The notes: generated by a model not told the origin, from the letters alone. A DNA stretch of 64,000 nucleotides from Eutreptiella sp. 'Long Island Sound 2002' (GCA_964036045.1 OZ038378.1:11532001-11596000), one strand, 5' to 3'. Shown: positions 1 to 12,788, counted from the first letter of the stretch. Program-made: numbers and translations.

Positions 1-2
1 AG

Positions 3-368
3 CTCTACCACTGCACTGACCCCCTTGTCACACACCACGCGGGGTGCGTGGGCAATTTCTCCAGCCCCATCACGCACGACGTGACCGAGCGCCAGTGGGT
101 GAACAAGTACCCGCAGCATTACGACAACGTCTTCAGCAGCACGCTGACGGTGTTTGAAGTCACAACGCGGGCCATGTGGAAGGACATCATGTACCACACC
201 ATCGAGGGCATTTCGAACGACGAGGCCCCCCGATACGACGACCAGGCGGCGCGGCGCTACGGCTGCATCTACTTCATCTTCGTGACGATCATCTGTGGGG
301 TGTTCACCACCAGCCTCTTCGCGGGGCTGGTGATCGTCGATTTCGCTGTTGTGAAAATGGAAACGCAA
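3..368 (+). CDS. Four-domain voltage-gated cation channel (Nav/Cav superfamily), exon encoding domain III S5-P loop, pore helix and S6; gene starts upstream of the window
   Basis: Frame open from nt 3: LYHCTDP...CVGNF...RQWVNKYPQHYDNVFSSTLTVFEVTTRAMWKDIMY...YFIFVTIICGVFTTSLFAGLVIVDF. Matches the FDN-pore helix-xxW-S6 layout of 4x6TM channels. GT donor at 369, phase 0. Confidence 0.9.
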
Positions 369-374
369 GTACGA

Positions 375-545
375 CTCTGCACTCCACAACCCTCTACCGC
401 ACCTCCACACCTCCGCAGACTCCACAACCCTCCACAACCCTCCACAATCCTCCACAACCCTCCACAATCCTCCACAATCCTCCACAACCCTCCACATCTG
501 TACACGCCAACACGTTTCCACATCTCCACAGTCCTGCACAAACCC
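375..545 (+). repeat. Intronic minisatellite, ~10-bp unit CTCCACAA(C/T)C
   Basis: Tandem copies visible directly after the intron 1 donor; a diverged related repeat lies at 2640-2708 before the acceptor. Confidence 0.85.
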
Positions 546-2708
546 TCCGAGAAATCCATTCCTAGCATTACCTACCAGGGCAGCATAGGAAAGGGCAAGG
601 ACCAATCCTTCTCCTTTTATTACAATTGTCTTCAGTGCCGTGGCACGACAAATGGCCAACAGAGCGGACGGGATTTCGGGAAAATTCCAAAACAAATGGG
701 GCTGGGGCTGGGGCTGGTGCTCGACTGAGGGCAAGGGCACGGGTAGCCAACCCTGCAATACCCAATACGGCTGGTATAGAGAAGGGGTCTAAAGGGCAGA
801 AGTGTTGTTGGCGGCTCCGGCCGAGTGCGTTGCCGAGTACGAGGCTAGAGATTCCAGTGCACTTATGGGAACAAGTAGATTGCACGTTATGAAGGGTTAT
901 CCAACGTATTGCGATGTCTGTCCCAGTATCTGGTGGTTGCCCGACAGTTGAGGGTTTGGGGGGGTAAGCTTCGCTTCACATTGGCATGCAAAGACGTGAT
1001 CTGCAACACACAGAGCGAAGTGGCCACCGACTGGGATGCAGATTTGGGGGCAGTGGTCAGAAAATCGTTCCAAATTGTGTGGTATGGTGTGCACACACGT
1101 CATTATGGTGTGGGTTGCTGGAAGGGTACAAATAGGTGGAGGGTACGAACAACTGGGGACATCATTTTCGGGGGGAAGCGGTTTATAACCTGTGTTTTGC
1201 ATGGTGTATATATGGGTCATATACCTGGCAGTGGCACAGGGAAGCGGTTCAAGGGATGGACTAAATGGGGACACTGGGGTTGGTAGGTAACACCACCGGG
1301 GGTGATGCGGCAGAAACACAAAGGATCCTCGATGTGGTCTTGGCACCCTCTCTGTGTTAGGGCATCCAGGCAGTCGGAAAAGTTTGAAATGTATTGTAAG
1401 CTTCAATTCATTGTGAGGGACAAATAGAGGTGCATGCAGGCACAGGCGTAAAGGCATGCGTGGATATGAAGTTGCTGGGATCCAAGGTGACCTGTGATGA
1501 CACTAATCAGGAGCACCTCCACAAGATCTGCGGAAGTGAACCAAAGTTGTAAAGGGTAGGTAACCTGAGAATCCAATTGTTTGCACCCTTGTATCACCAC
1601 TGCCCTTCAAGCCAAGCCAAACTCAGTCACCAAATTGGTGCCCAAGAAAAAGTTTTACGTGGCAATGAAGAATTCGCTGACCATTTTCAGACAGTACTTG
1701 GAGAACAAAAGGTCTTTGCTCAATTTGAAAAATTTTGAATTTCGGCTTTGCGAAGTGTGGAAGAGAATGGATACACATTGGGAACTGTGCTCAGAATCTT
1801 TTCATGTGCCAATTTTAGATGATGGTGAGGATTACCTACCACGTGATTCCAAAATTATTCACAACAAACAACTACACGAGGAAGCAGGCTTGGATTGAGA
1901 AGGTTGTCAGGATATTGCTATTTTTTGGTCGCAATTTAGAGGACTACTGCACAATGCAGTTGGACCTTTTTGGTCATTGCCATTGGTCTCTGTTGCTGCT
2001 GATGTGGAGCATTCTTTCAGTCTGGCCTGCTCAATTGATGATCCCAACCAGCAAAGGATGGGTGAGCATGTACGTGGAGCATGTGACACTATGTATGTAC
2101 AATGTGACGTTGAGTAGCACTTCACACAGGAATGATGCCCACCACCAAGATTATGTACTCATTCTATTTCTCTATATTTATGATTAGGAACACTTCAAGC
2201 ACCCCTAGCCAATTGGGCTTCACATCTCTTGGGGAAGGTGTCATTGCTTGCCATCACCAAAGCTTCTGTCTTGCATTTACAGATTTTCGAAAAAGGCTTT
2301 GAAAACTCTGGTCCTGTGATTAGATGGCATCAATGAGTCTACACTGTCCAACGACGAGAAAATTGCCTCAAATTGAGACCCAAAAAGTTTAGGTCAAAAT
2401 CACATGAAATCGCGTTGGGCCAAGTATGCCAAATCATATTTTCAATGAGGACCATGGGATTTCATGAGAGAGGATGGTTTACTGAAGACTGCATCTGAGC
2501 CATGGGTGCAGCGCTCTTTGTTGCGGTCGGCACATGCGCTTCGGTCAGCCCCATTTCATCATTCGTAATTCGTAAGCTGCGAACAGGAAGTTGTAGCCGG
2601 GCCAGGCCCCGAAATACACCCCTATCTACGTGTATGTCCCCTCAACGACCCTTTGCAACCCTCAAAAAGGCTCTGCAACCCTGTGAAACCCTCAACAACA
2701 CTCTGCAG

Positions 2709-3278
2709 GGGTTATACATGCTCACCAACCCGCAGAGGCTGTGGGTGGAGATGCAGCAGATCGTACTGAATCTGAAGCCTGCTCGTAAACCGCGGCCGTA
2801 CTTCCAGAACCAGTTCTGTATCCGCATGTTTCACATCGTGCAGCACCACGCCTTTGAGTGTGCCGTGGTGCTCACGATCGTGCTGAACGTCTTCCTCATG
2901 TGTCTGGACCACCATGAGATGTCCGCGGCCTTCGAGAAGGTGTGGCGCTATGGCAACTTGTCTTTCTGCGTCATCTACACGGCAGAGGCCATCTGCAAGA
3001 TCTGCGGCTACGGACCAAATTACTTCCGCAATAACTGGGACCGCTTCGATTTCACGCTGATGGCGCTGGGGTGGGGGGATATCATCGGCGACTTCGACGG
3101 CGCACTGAATCCCAACGTGCTCCGCGCGTTCCGCACCACGCGGATCCTGCGGGTGGCACGGCTGCTGCGCAAGTCGCGCCGCATCCGCGTGCTGATACAC
3201 ACGCTTTGGTGCGTCATGCCGGTGGTGAGCAACATCGCGTGCTTCATGCTCTTCCTCTTCATGATCTACAGTGTCCTG
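2709..3278 (+). CDS. Voltage-gated channel exon: III-IV linker and domain IV S1-S5
   Basis: AG acceptor 2707-2708, phase 0. GLYMLTNPQRLW linker, NNWDRFDF (S2-S3), S4 RAFRTTRILRVARLLRK with R every third residue, S5 ...FMIYSVL. GT donor at 3279. Confidence 0.93.
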
Positions 3279-4042
3279 GTCTGCCTCCACTCCTGCCGTC
3301 ACAGCATCTTGCATTTTCCCTCTCCATGTGGTCTCCCTCCCTCCCTCTCCCTGCCTCCATCCCTCCATCGTTTGCCGCAGTCGGGCTCACTTCTTCTAAG
3401 GCTTGGGAAACAGGGGAGGAGTCCAGGAAGTAATGGTGGATGCCACACGCTTCGCATTGGGCCGCCTGTTACTCACAATGTGGCGTCAGGACTCCTTTGG
3501 TTGTAGCAAATGCCAGCCAGTTTGGTTTGGACTTGGCATCCGGATTTATCTATAAGATTATGGACCGTAGGCAGTCTGTTTGGAATCGGATATTGAGTTG
3601 AATTTGGCGTCCGACATGGGTGATCTCCAGGGTGTCTGTCCGGCCGAGCAGCAATGGGACACATCGAGCACATGTCTCGTATTTTGCAGCTTTGTGTTGT
3701 TACCTGCCGATGTGCCATCAGATTGGGCAGGTGCGGCACTGAATGCCCACCGTGTGATTGCAATTTTCGCCCTCCAGCGAATATAAGTAGCTGCACAAAA
3801 TGAACGATCACAGACGCGAAACGGGCGCAAACTCCGAAACAGACACAGTCGCGCACCCTCTTTGAGTGCTGGCATTGTGCTGGAAAAGTCTGGCTCACAG
3901 TCCTCCCGTACCTGTGAATCATCCAGGGAATTGCGCCGACGGTACCGCCACAGTCCTCCACCTTGTCCTCCTCCCTTCCTCCCTCCCTCCCTTCCTCCCT
4001 CCTGTCCACCGAAATCACCCCCTTCTTCCTTCATCGCCGCAG

Positions 4043-4480
4043 GGCATGCACCTGTTCAGCCACATCAAAGAGGGCACCCACTTGAAGCGCAACGCGAACT
4101 TCAGCAACTTTGCAGTCGCCATGCTGACGCTCTTCCGCATCAGCAGCGGGGCGGACTGGAACGGGCTGATGCACGACATGATGATCTCGGAGGGCTGCAC
4201 GGAGGGCGTGGACTGCGGCAGCCCCATCCTGGCGCCCATCTACTACGTCTCCTTCCTGCTGCTGGCCTCCTTCATCCTCCTGAACCTGTTCGTGGCCGTC
4301 GTGCTGGATCAGTTCAAGATCAACGTGGCTTTCGAGGCGGACCGGACCAAAAGCATCGAGATCACAAAGTTCGTCCGCCTGTGGGAGATCCACGACCCGG
4401 ACGCTACCCACACCATCCCGACAAGGGCCTTTCCGGCGTTCCTGCAGCAACTCGGCGAGCCACTCGGCCTCCAGCCCCAG
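4043..4480 (+). CDS. Voltage-gated channel exon: domain IV pore, S6 and start of the EF-hand-like C-terminal domain
   Basis: AG at 4041-4042 joins YSVL to GMHLF. ANFSNFAVAMLTLFRISSGADWNGLM pore, S6 YYVSFLLLASFILLNLFVAVVLDQF, then FVRLWEIHDPDAT...LGEPLG typical of Nav/Cav C-termini. GT donor at 4481, phase 0. Confidence 0.93.
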
Positions 4481-5208
4481 GTCTCTGCTTGCTTGCCCAG
4501 GGGTCGGTTCGTGCCTTGGACGCGCCCTGCGCACACGCGACTGCAGTGGCAGTCCTCTGTGCAGGGGTTGGGGGAGGGGCTGACCTTCGTACCCCAGGCT
4601 GCTCGGAGGCAAGGAATGCGCTCGTTGGGGCCCTTTCGCGCGTCAGTTGACTGCTGTCCAGGGCTGTCCCTTCAGGGTCGAGATATTTCTTTCTGTTTTA
4701 TTCCACGAAGGACGGCCTGAGGTATTGGGGGGGGTCCATCGACGGCGGTTGACGGTCAACCAACGGAGGGCCGACCAGAAATTTGCTGGGGGGGGGCTTC
4801 CCTGATGCACTCCCGGGAGCCATCACCATCCCGACCACACCGGGAGGAGAAGGCAACCCAAACCTAAGTAAGGGGGTCGCCCCTGCAGGGGGTTGGCAGC
4901 CGGGTAGGCGGTTGTACATTGGGCAGCGACCTAAAACATGTACTGCCCGCGAGTAGCTAAGTTCTGTCACCAGGGCCTAGTGCAAGGGTCTTGGGCATGC
5001 CTATGAGACACAGCTTATGAGACACAGCGTCCAAACCATTGGTGGTCACTGCACACGACCAACCAGGGGGTGGACTCACGTGAGTCCCTAGCTCCGAGGC
5101 GTGGACAGCCCGGAGTGAAGTCCTCAAACGGGGAGCCCCTCAACAGCCCAGAAAGCAAAAGAGCAACAACGCACCACATTTACCCCAGAACAATCCCAAC
5201 AAACACCA

Positions 5209-5718
5209 GTGACAGGGCAGATTTGTAGATTCGGAGACATGTGCAAAAGTGCACGGTGCCCCTGGTACCACCCAACTGCAAGTGGGACAACCCGACAGCC
5301 ACAATGGGAGGCAGGGAGTGACATGCTGCCTTCCCGGCGCCACACACCAGCAGCGGTGAGCGTGCCAGCAGAAAAAGAAAGAGCCCGAAAGTGGGAGGAA
5401 CGCAAGCAGCAAAGCAACTGGGCACGGAGCCGCCCCACACACGGTAGTGAGACGAGCCCCAACACGACACACAACAATACACAAGGGAACCATGAGGTGC
5501 GAGCACTGCAGCAACCACCAAATGCGGCGCACGCCAAGCGAGCCATCAGCAAACACCCCCCCCCCCCCTCCCTCTACAAGGTGCCCACGTACTCCACAAG
5601 GGCGGGGGCTGCACCTCGCGCGCCGGGAGGTGCCCGCCACGGGGGTGGCAACAAGGCCGTGACCAGCCAACCGTGCACAGGACAGTCCACGTCGTACGGA
5701 GAAGTGAAATCCTTATAA
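5209..5718 (+). other. Intronic ORF fragment with a CCCH zinc-finger-like motif, probably from an interspersed element
   Basis: CRFGDMCKSARCPWYH has C-x5-C-x4-C-x3-H spacing. It lies inside channel intron 3 with no linking splice signals. Confidence 0.3.
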
Positions 5719-6199
5719 CGGGGGGGGGGGGCAGGCAGGGGGGACAGGAGTGGGTGCGCAAAAGGGGCACCCAGGAGCGCCAACAGACAGGGGGAGGAGC
5801 AACACAGACACACAGAACGCAGGAGCCACACCAGGAGGGACAAGGGCGAGCACAGCAGACAAGGAGGAGGGGCACAGCGAGGCAGGAGAGGCAACCAGAA
5901 CAGCGGGAACAGGGAACCAGAATGGAGGGGATGGGAGAGTGTGCGCATGGGAGGCAGCGACAACAAAGGGGATGGCCTGGCCAGCCAGCCCTGTCGCTAC
6001 CAGGTGCCAGGGCAACCCCTGCTCAACCGGCATCAGGTGGGGGGTGTCTCCCGCAGCCCAGATGGGCTGTTTGCGCAACAGGAGCGGGAGCCCATCAGGG
6101 GCAGACCAGCCGTGAGAGGGAAAAGGACATATGCTGGATGGCCGGGACAGCACGTGGAGGAACAGGGCACCTGGGGCCTCATGCACACAGAAACACAGC

Positions 6200-6550
6200 G
6201 AGGCAGGCTATGGACGGCCTGTGGACAGAGGCACATGGACAGCAAAAACAGTCAAACGACCCCGGCAACAACCAGCACATCCTCAATACACCAATTATTG
6301 GGCGCCGCTGACACGCAAACGGCACACCATGCCACATTCAGCACAGCCCCAACACACCAACTACTGGGCTCCACGAACGCGGAAACGACACCAGCAAGAG
6401 CACCGGCCGCAGCGGCCGACAGAAAGCAGCAACCCGACGCAACATGCGAAGGGAAGAACGGGTGACTGTCCAGGGCCCCGTAAAGGAGCAACAACCAGAC
6501 GGAATGTCACACAGGGGGGGCTTGGGAGCCCAGGAGGGGGGGGGGGGGGC
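6200..6550. repeat. Interspersed repeat segment in channel intron 3
   Basis: Single copy in this window. The translation (TTSTSSIHQLLGAADTQTAHHATFSTAPTHQLLG...DATCEGKNG) resembles, from recollection only and without a search, a high-copy repeat seen in euglenid (Eutreptiella) sequence data. Ends at a G-run. Confidence 0.4.
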
Positions 6551-7195
6551 TGAGAAAATGGGCTCCCAAGTTCAAGAGCCAATTTTGCTGTTTTCTCTGG
6601 CTGGGGTCATTTAAAATTGTCGGCCACAATGAGTGCCGTTGGCTAGCATGATACCCCCGCCATTTTGGAGCGGATGATGGGCCTCATTTTGGGGACTGGC
6701 CAAGGTAGGGCGCTACATGGTAGCCGCAAGAGACCGGGGGTCCTAGTGCCCTTGCACACAAATCCCACCGCCAATGGCACTGGAGAGGGGCCGGCTATGA
6801 GGCATAGTGAGCGGCAGACTTGGGAGCCCATGGTGGGGGGGGGGGTTGGAAAATGGGCTTGCAAGGCCCCCCCGCCCCTCAACCCAACTTTCTCCCCGCC
6901 AGGTTGGCGCTGAACCGACGGCAGTTGATGGCCAACCGGCGCCGGTTTGCTGATGACACACTGCAGTTGCTCACACTCTGCGGAGGTTCGAGCGTACTGG
7001 AGGCCGGCGGTTTTGTGTGTTCTTTTTGGCCCCAAGGACAGCCCTGCCACTGTCCCCGACGATATTGTTTGGGAGAAGTGTGCCGGCGCAGCGTTGCCTG
7101 TTTCCTTTGGCATCGCGGGCAGTGTGGGCTGGGGCCTCTCTTGCCCCTTCGCCGCTCGGCCCCGCCCTCATTCTCTTGCTTCCCTCGTGTTTCAG

Positions 7196-8863
7196 TGGAC
7201 CAACATGGACCTGCTGCTGAAGCTCCGGGAGTTCTCCATCATCGAACACGGCGGCGTCGTGCACTACGTCGAGGCGCTGGTCAGTTTCGCGCACCTGAGC
7301 CACTTCGAGACCCTGACCCGCCCCCTCCTCAAGCGCCAGGAGCAGGACTGGCGCATGGCCTTCCCGGAGCTCTATGAGCTGCCCGTGCAGCACTGCCAGG
7401 GCGTGCGGGTGACGCTGCTGCAGCACTTCGCCGCCAGCACTCTGGCGGCGGGGTACCGGCAGTACAAGGCCCGGCAGCGCTGTGAGCAGCTGCGGCGGGA
7501 CCTCAATATGGGCCCCAGCGCCCTGAGCCGGGCTCTGAAGCGGCGCCACAAGGAGCGGCGGCGGTGCTCGCTCAACCTGCTGAGCTACAACCGCCGGAGC
7601 CGCTTCAGTATCACTCTCACGGCTCCGGAGGCGTCCGGGTCCGGGTCCGACGGCTCCGCGGCCGGCACCAGCCCGAAGCGGGCGGATCTTACCGACTCCT
7701 CGGAAGGCGCCGACCCGGAGCTGCAGCCCGAGGCCGCCCGAGCCTCGGGGCCGGGCTTGGACGGTGACGGAGGCCACGATGTTGACTCGGACGCGGTGGT
7801 GAATCCCGATGCCGCGCACGGCTCCGACCCCCGGCGCGCCGCGGACGCAGGCCTGCCGCAGCACCGCGACCCGCACCCCGCCCTCGACCAGAAGTGGGTC
7901 GTTGGCTCGGACGCCGACCCCAACGCCGTCCCCGGTCCCACCCTCATACCGTCTGCTGCAGCCTCCCACACGAGCCATGATGGGCCCGCGCCCAATGCCG
8001 CTGCGGACGCCCGCGCCCATCCCGCCCCTGGCCCTTGCCCCGGCCCTAATCCAGATCGCCATCCTGCCCATGGCACCGATACTGCCCACGGCCCTGATAC
8101 CCCCCCTCAGTCCTCAGCACGCACTCCGTCACAGTCGTCGCCGCGGTCCTCAACGCCCGCGGCACTGCTGCCCCCCCCGCTTCGGGCCACAGGCGTCGCC
8201 GGCGCTCGCGCGACTGCCGCGCGCGCCGCCAGCCTCCCGGCCACCGCCGGCAGCGGCGTGCCGCCCCGCCGCACCACGACACCTGACCCGTCCCCTACCC
8301 GCACCCCCAACCCGTTGAAGCCCGGCAACGGCAGCAGCCCCGGCGGTACCCCTCCAGCACACTGTCCCGCGCCCGCCAGTCCTTCAACCCCCCCGGTGCA
8401 TGACCCTGCCCCCGACCCGACCCTGCACCCAGACCGTAACCCCGTGCCCACCTCCAAATCCGAGCCCGCCGGCTGGTCCCGCGTCCTCAGTGACGCCTCC
8501 TCCGTCCTGGACCGCAACGTCAGCCTGGACCTGGACCCCATCCCAGACTCCGGCCGCGTGCGCCACCGCCAGTCGGACCCCTTCCCGAACTCGACGATCG
8601 GGGGCTACGCCTGCCTGCCCACAGACCCCAGCTGGACTTTGGGATTGGACCCCGAGTCCGCCACGGGCCCCCGAGGGCAGTTTCCCCGAGAGGCCTCGTC
8701 CCCGCGAGAGGAGTCGTGGCTGCTGCGCAGTGCTACGGCGGGGGAATCGGACTTGGCGTCGCCGACGACCGTCACCCGCAGTTTCGGGCTCCGGAGCTTT
8801 GAACAGTCCGACGACCTGGCGACGCTTCTGGATGCGGCCGGCAAGTCCAATGGCACCCGCTGA
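7196..8863 (+). CDS. Voltage-gated channel terminal exon: distal C-terminal domain, IQ-like motif, long Pro/Ala/Ser/Asp-rich tail
   Basis: Polypyrimidine tract and AG at 7194-7195, phase 0 compatible. GGVVHYVEALVSF resembles the Nav C-terminal helix. IQ-like AASTLAAGYRQYKARQR. Stop TGA 8861-8863. Extra introns in the low-complexity tail are not excluded. Confidence 0.8.
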   Translation, partial: WTNMDLLLKLREFSIIEHGGVVHYVEALVSFAHLSHFETLTRPLLKRQEQDWRMAFPELYELPVQHCQGVRVTLLQHFAASTLAAGYRQYKARQRCEQLRRDLNMGPSALSRALKRRHKERRRCSLNLLSYNRRSRFSITLTAPEASGSGSDGSAAGTSPKRADLTDSSEGADPELQPEAARASGPGLDGDGGHDVDSDAVVNPDAAHGSDPRRAADAGLPQHRDPHPALDQKWVVGSDADPNAVPGPTLIPSAAASHTSHDGPAPNAAADARAHPAPGPCPGPNPDRHPAHGTDTAHGPDTPPQSSARTPSQSSPRSSTPAALLPPPLRATGVAGARATAARAASLPATAGSGVPPRRTTTPDPSPTRTPNPLKPGNGSSPGGTPPAHCPAPASPSTPPVHDPAPDPTLHPDRNPVPTSKSEPAGWSRVLSDASSVLDRNVSLDLDPIPDSGRVRHRQSDPFPNSTIGGYACLPTDPSWTLGLDPESATGPRGQFPREASSPREESWLLRSATAGESDLASPTTVTRSFGLRSFEQSDDLATLLDAAGKSNGTR

Positions 8864-11800
8864 GCAGTGCCAAGGGACGGCACCGCAAAGCCTGGGGTTC
8901 GATGAGATGCGGCCCCCACGCGGGGGCACAACGTCTGTCAACCAACTGGACACTGGCCAACAGCAGTCGCCCCAGCGCGGCGCGGGTGCAGCACGGGGCA
9001 GGAGAATAACATGTGCCGGTCCTCTTCACGCGCAGGCCACTGAAGTATGGGTCTGCAGGCGGTGCACCGACTTGTTCTCGAGGTTTGGTTTGCCTGGGGC
9101 CCTATAAAGAGCGGGGACCGCTCGCTCTCTGCCACCGATGTGCCAAAGCACGGCGGCCGCACGTTCGTCGACAAAGGGAGAATCGAAAGGGAGAATCGGG
9201 TTGCAGAACGCCCCCCCGGAGTTGGCACGGCGGATGCCACGGAGTTCTCAAGTACACCGGGCTACCCGAGGAGCTTGCTACGGCCGGCCACAGGCGTGCG
9301 ACTGATTGAGGTGGGATCCCCCCGACCGGGGTGCGGAGGCGGGGGGGGGGGCATGCTGTAGGCAGGACAAGCCAACTCGATATGCACACATTCGGCGTAA
9401 AGGAACGTTTGGTCTGTGCAGACATTGCACATGACTGAAAGATGTATCTCTTTGGTGCGGACGCAGCCTCCGGAGGCGTGGCCCTTGTTTGACACAGCCG
9501 GGCATCAGGAGCTTCTGCAACCGGTTCACTCGGAGGGACATAAGCATTTTTCTATTCTCTTCTTCTCTTTCTCTCCTTTCCCTTTCTTTGCTCTTGTCCC
9601 TGAGAAGGGGAAGAACAGGAAGGAGTGCTCCCGTCGGACCCCTACTGCCCACTGTCGTACTGGGCCAGGGTCGGAGGGTTTGGGTGAGTTCGAGCCGGGG
9701 AGCATTGCGCGTGACATCCCCCCCGGTAACACGCATTGCCACTCCGACACTCGTGGCCCTCCAGGAGCCTTTCCTTATGACGCTCTCTCTGCATCAGAGT
9801 TTCAGAGAGTAAAACAATACCCCCGAGGCGTCTCCGGGGGACCCCAAATGGCCCATCAACCCCGGAAGGCTCCATTAAATGGCACACTGACCTGATCTCT
9901 ACTCGTGAAGCTGACCCTCTTTCCATGCCACAAACCTGTGATACGTGAGATTTTCAAAGGAAAAAGTTGTCATCCTCCGCAGCCAAGGCTATTGGGATGC
10001 GTTTCAGGGCAAGGGCTCACTCCATTGGGTTCACAAGTAGTACTGGGGACAGCGACGATCGCGATGCCCATTCAACGGCTTTGGCCCCAACCTGCAAGTG
10101 AATTGCCAGTGGACTGAGACCCGAACCCGGGGATCCCAATGGAAGCGAGCAGAGTTGCTTTGTACATTTTGCGAGCTGTCCAGGCGGAGATGAATTGAAG
10201 CAACGCACCCCGAGCAGCGCCTTTTGCAGGACTTGGGTCTGTTCATGCAGCGGCGTTGCAAGGAAAGGAGCCTGACCCTTGGCGCTTCGACAACTGCGTT
10301 TCCTTACCCAAACCCTCGGCCGTCTGCGGCAAATTGTACTAGAAGGAGGCGCTGTTACGTGGGCAGCAGTCAAGGAATATATGTCCCTGTCTGTTGGAAC
10401 GGCCATAGAGCCTTTGAACAGTCCCACGTCCAGCGACACCGGACAGACGCCTCTCACCCTGAGGTGCGGTGAACATGACTCGGCAGTGAAGTTTGCCTGC
10501 GTCGACAACGTTTTGCACAATGTGGATTGCGACTCGCTTGAGCTCTTGTGCTGTACATCTACAGCCCGGGCGTTTTACAATCCTTGTTTGAGGCGAGCAG
10601 AAATGCAGGTAAATTTGGGGCAGCTGTTTGGTGGCCTGCTTAGCTTTGGGGTTTGCACGGGTGGGACGGTCAATCGCAATTTTTCGCAGCGCAACCCCCC
10701 CCCCCCCGGACTTCGTGTGTATCACAATTCCACATCGTTTCTGGTGTTGAACACCTTCCCAATTTCATGGTCTGGGGATGACGAAATGAGAATGAGGTCG
10801 GTTGTGTTACATGGCAGTCCGCTATTAGCCAACAGCGACAGGGCTTGTCCCCAAGTTGTTGTATGGGATTCAAACAATGGACGCTGATTTCGGGAACAAA
10901 TGCAAAAACACGGCTCACAGGGCAAACGCTCCCTCACAGTCTCCAGTCTGTAGGCTACTTGGGAGCCAGATGTGCCCTAAGACAGTGTGTGTGATTACAT
11001 GGGATGGCCACGAAGTCTTTGGTCGTTTGTGCCACATGTTTCTATCCGAAGAGTATCAAGGGCACTTCCCGTGCAAGCCATGACTATGTATCCTGTGCCA
11101 CCCTGGATCCATCGTATTTGCAGAACAAGGAGATCAGTGTATCAAGGGACATTGCCTGGATAAGTCACAAACATAACCCATGGCGCGTGTTACTGAGCAG
11201 GTGGTGGGAGCTGTCATTCCTATGGGACGGTACCCTCCTGCAGTTCTCCGCTACCGGTTCCGATCAACGTCAGGGATATTTTGGGGGGTCATAGCACTGC
11301 TGCTTGACCCTGTCTGGGCGTCCTTTGTAAAGTCAAGCCCTCACCTGAATATTACTCTGTTGACCCATGCTGACCTCCTTCGCTGTGGTGTTTCTACTTT
11401 GTGTTGCACTCTCTGCTGCTGACGACCTCCATTGTATACAGCATAGACCATCTGCGGTATGATGGCATGAATGCTTGCTGATGCCCGTAATCTATGGATT
11501 GCCCAGTTGCAGGGCCTTCAGCACGATGAACCTGTGCTTTGCAGAGCGGTAAGGCATCGGATTCGAACCTCACCGCTTGTGCATGATAGAATTGATGGCC
11601 TCAGGGTTCTGGGATTCATTCCCGGCGGCAGCGGCCTGGCAGCGGATGGCAATCGGCGATCGCTCTGCGTTTAAGGCACCCACTGGTGTGGATCAGTTTG
11701 CAGCTCAAAATGTACAGAGAATCCCAGGCTTTTGCACGGGCTTCGCGGGTTAGGTGCCAGTTGGGAAACTGCTTGGGGGCTTCGAAGTCGGCACACACAC

Positions 11801-12787
11801 GCACAAACAGTTGGCACACTGTCATTTGCTAAGGCTGCTTTTTTATTTGCCAGGCCCATGCCTCTGCTGTCACGAGTGGGACGTGTTCCTGCAGCACCTC
11901 CTGCAGCACCAAAACAGCCTATATTACCTCTTATTCATTTTTCAGCTTCCAAATCAGTCTCTGCCCTCCCTCAACCATCTGGGGTTGGGGGGCTGGGGTG
12001 GGCATCCCTTTCCACAGTGCACGCGCCACCTTTTGCCTGCTTGTGCGCTTGAGGGCTGGTCCGCCCAAATCGAGGTCGGAATCAAACCAGGGTCCGATGA
12101 TGTTCCCCTTACTGGCTGAGTTCTCTAGCGACAGAACCCTCTTGCAGGGTCGCTGGAAGCCCAGGCGCCAGGGTCTGGGATCTCCAGGCAAGGCCATGTG
12201 CCAAATCCGCGCGGACCTTGCAAGGGCGGCGTCCAATGGCCTCATCAGTTTCAGCGATTTCCCCATTTACTGATTCATTGTGGATGAAAAAAATGAAAGT
12301 GCCCAACATTCTGCTGCTCGTGCCTTGTGCAGTGATACTCCTTTTGTAGATGAGAACGCCTTTGGGGCGCCCGAGTTCCAGTCCGGCACACAGCAACCCC
12401 GAAGGACCCAGCGGTTGTGGAACCAAGTAACCCCTGCATCAGGCATCGAAGACGACAATGGCCTCAGCCCCGAATGGTTTAAAGGGCCCCTATGCAAACC
12501 ATGTGCCCATGTGCTATCTTTTGTGGTTTGCCCCCTCCTGCTCATATTTCAGTGGGCAGGAAATGTTCTGAGTGTCCGAGGGTTCCAAGGTTTCAACTTT
12601 TGGCCCCTGGCATCTTAGACAAGGAATCTCTGGGATGTGTATGCGTGTTTGCCCAGGCAATTGACTGCAATCATTCACAAAACTGTGTGTGAGGTTCAAC
12701 TTCGAATTTCCGATTCGGCGACGAAACCAGGGGTTCATTATTCTGGATGGTCCTGTAGAGGCTGCCCTGATCGAGGGCACTCTGTCG

Positions 12788-12788
<1 letters not shown>

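Noticed and set aside
568-2640. ORFs of 100-190 aa inside channel intron 1
   Set aside because: No recognisable domain, TIR or TSD; probably a decayed insertion.
6971-9107. Several long ORFs antisense or off-frame to the channel's last exon
   Set aside because: Shadow ORFs in very GC-rich coding DNA with no motifs.
12566-12576. TTCTGAGTGTC, matching part of the euglenid spliced leader
   Set aside because: Only 11 nt; it diverges immediately and has no SL donor or Sm site.
9900-12780. Faint LINE-like words (ILGGHST, SIDHL, ALLLDP, THADLL)
   Set aside because: Scattered over frames with many stops and none matches a full motif. It needs a translated HMM search.
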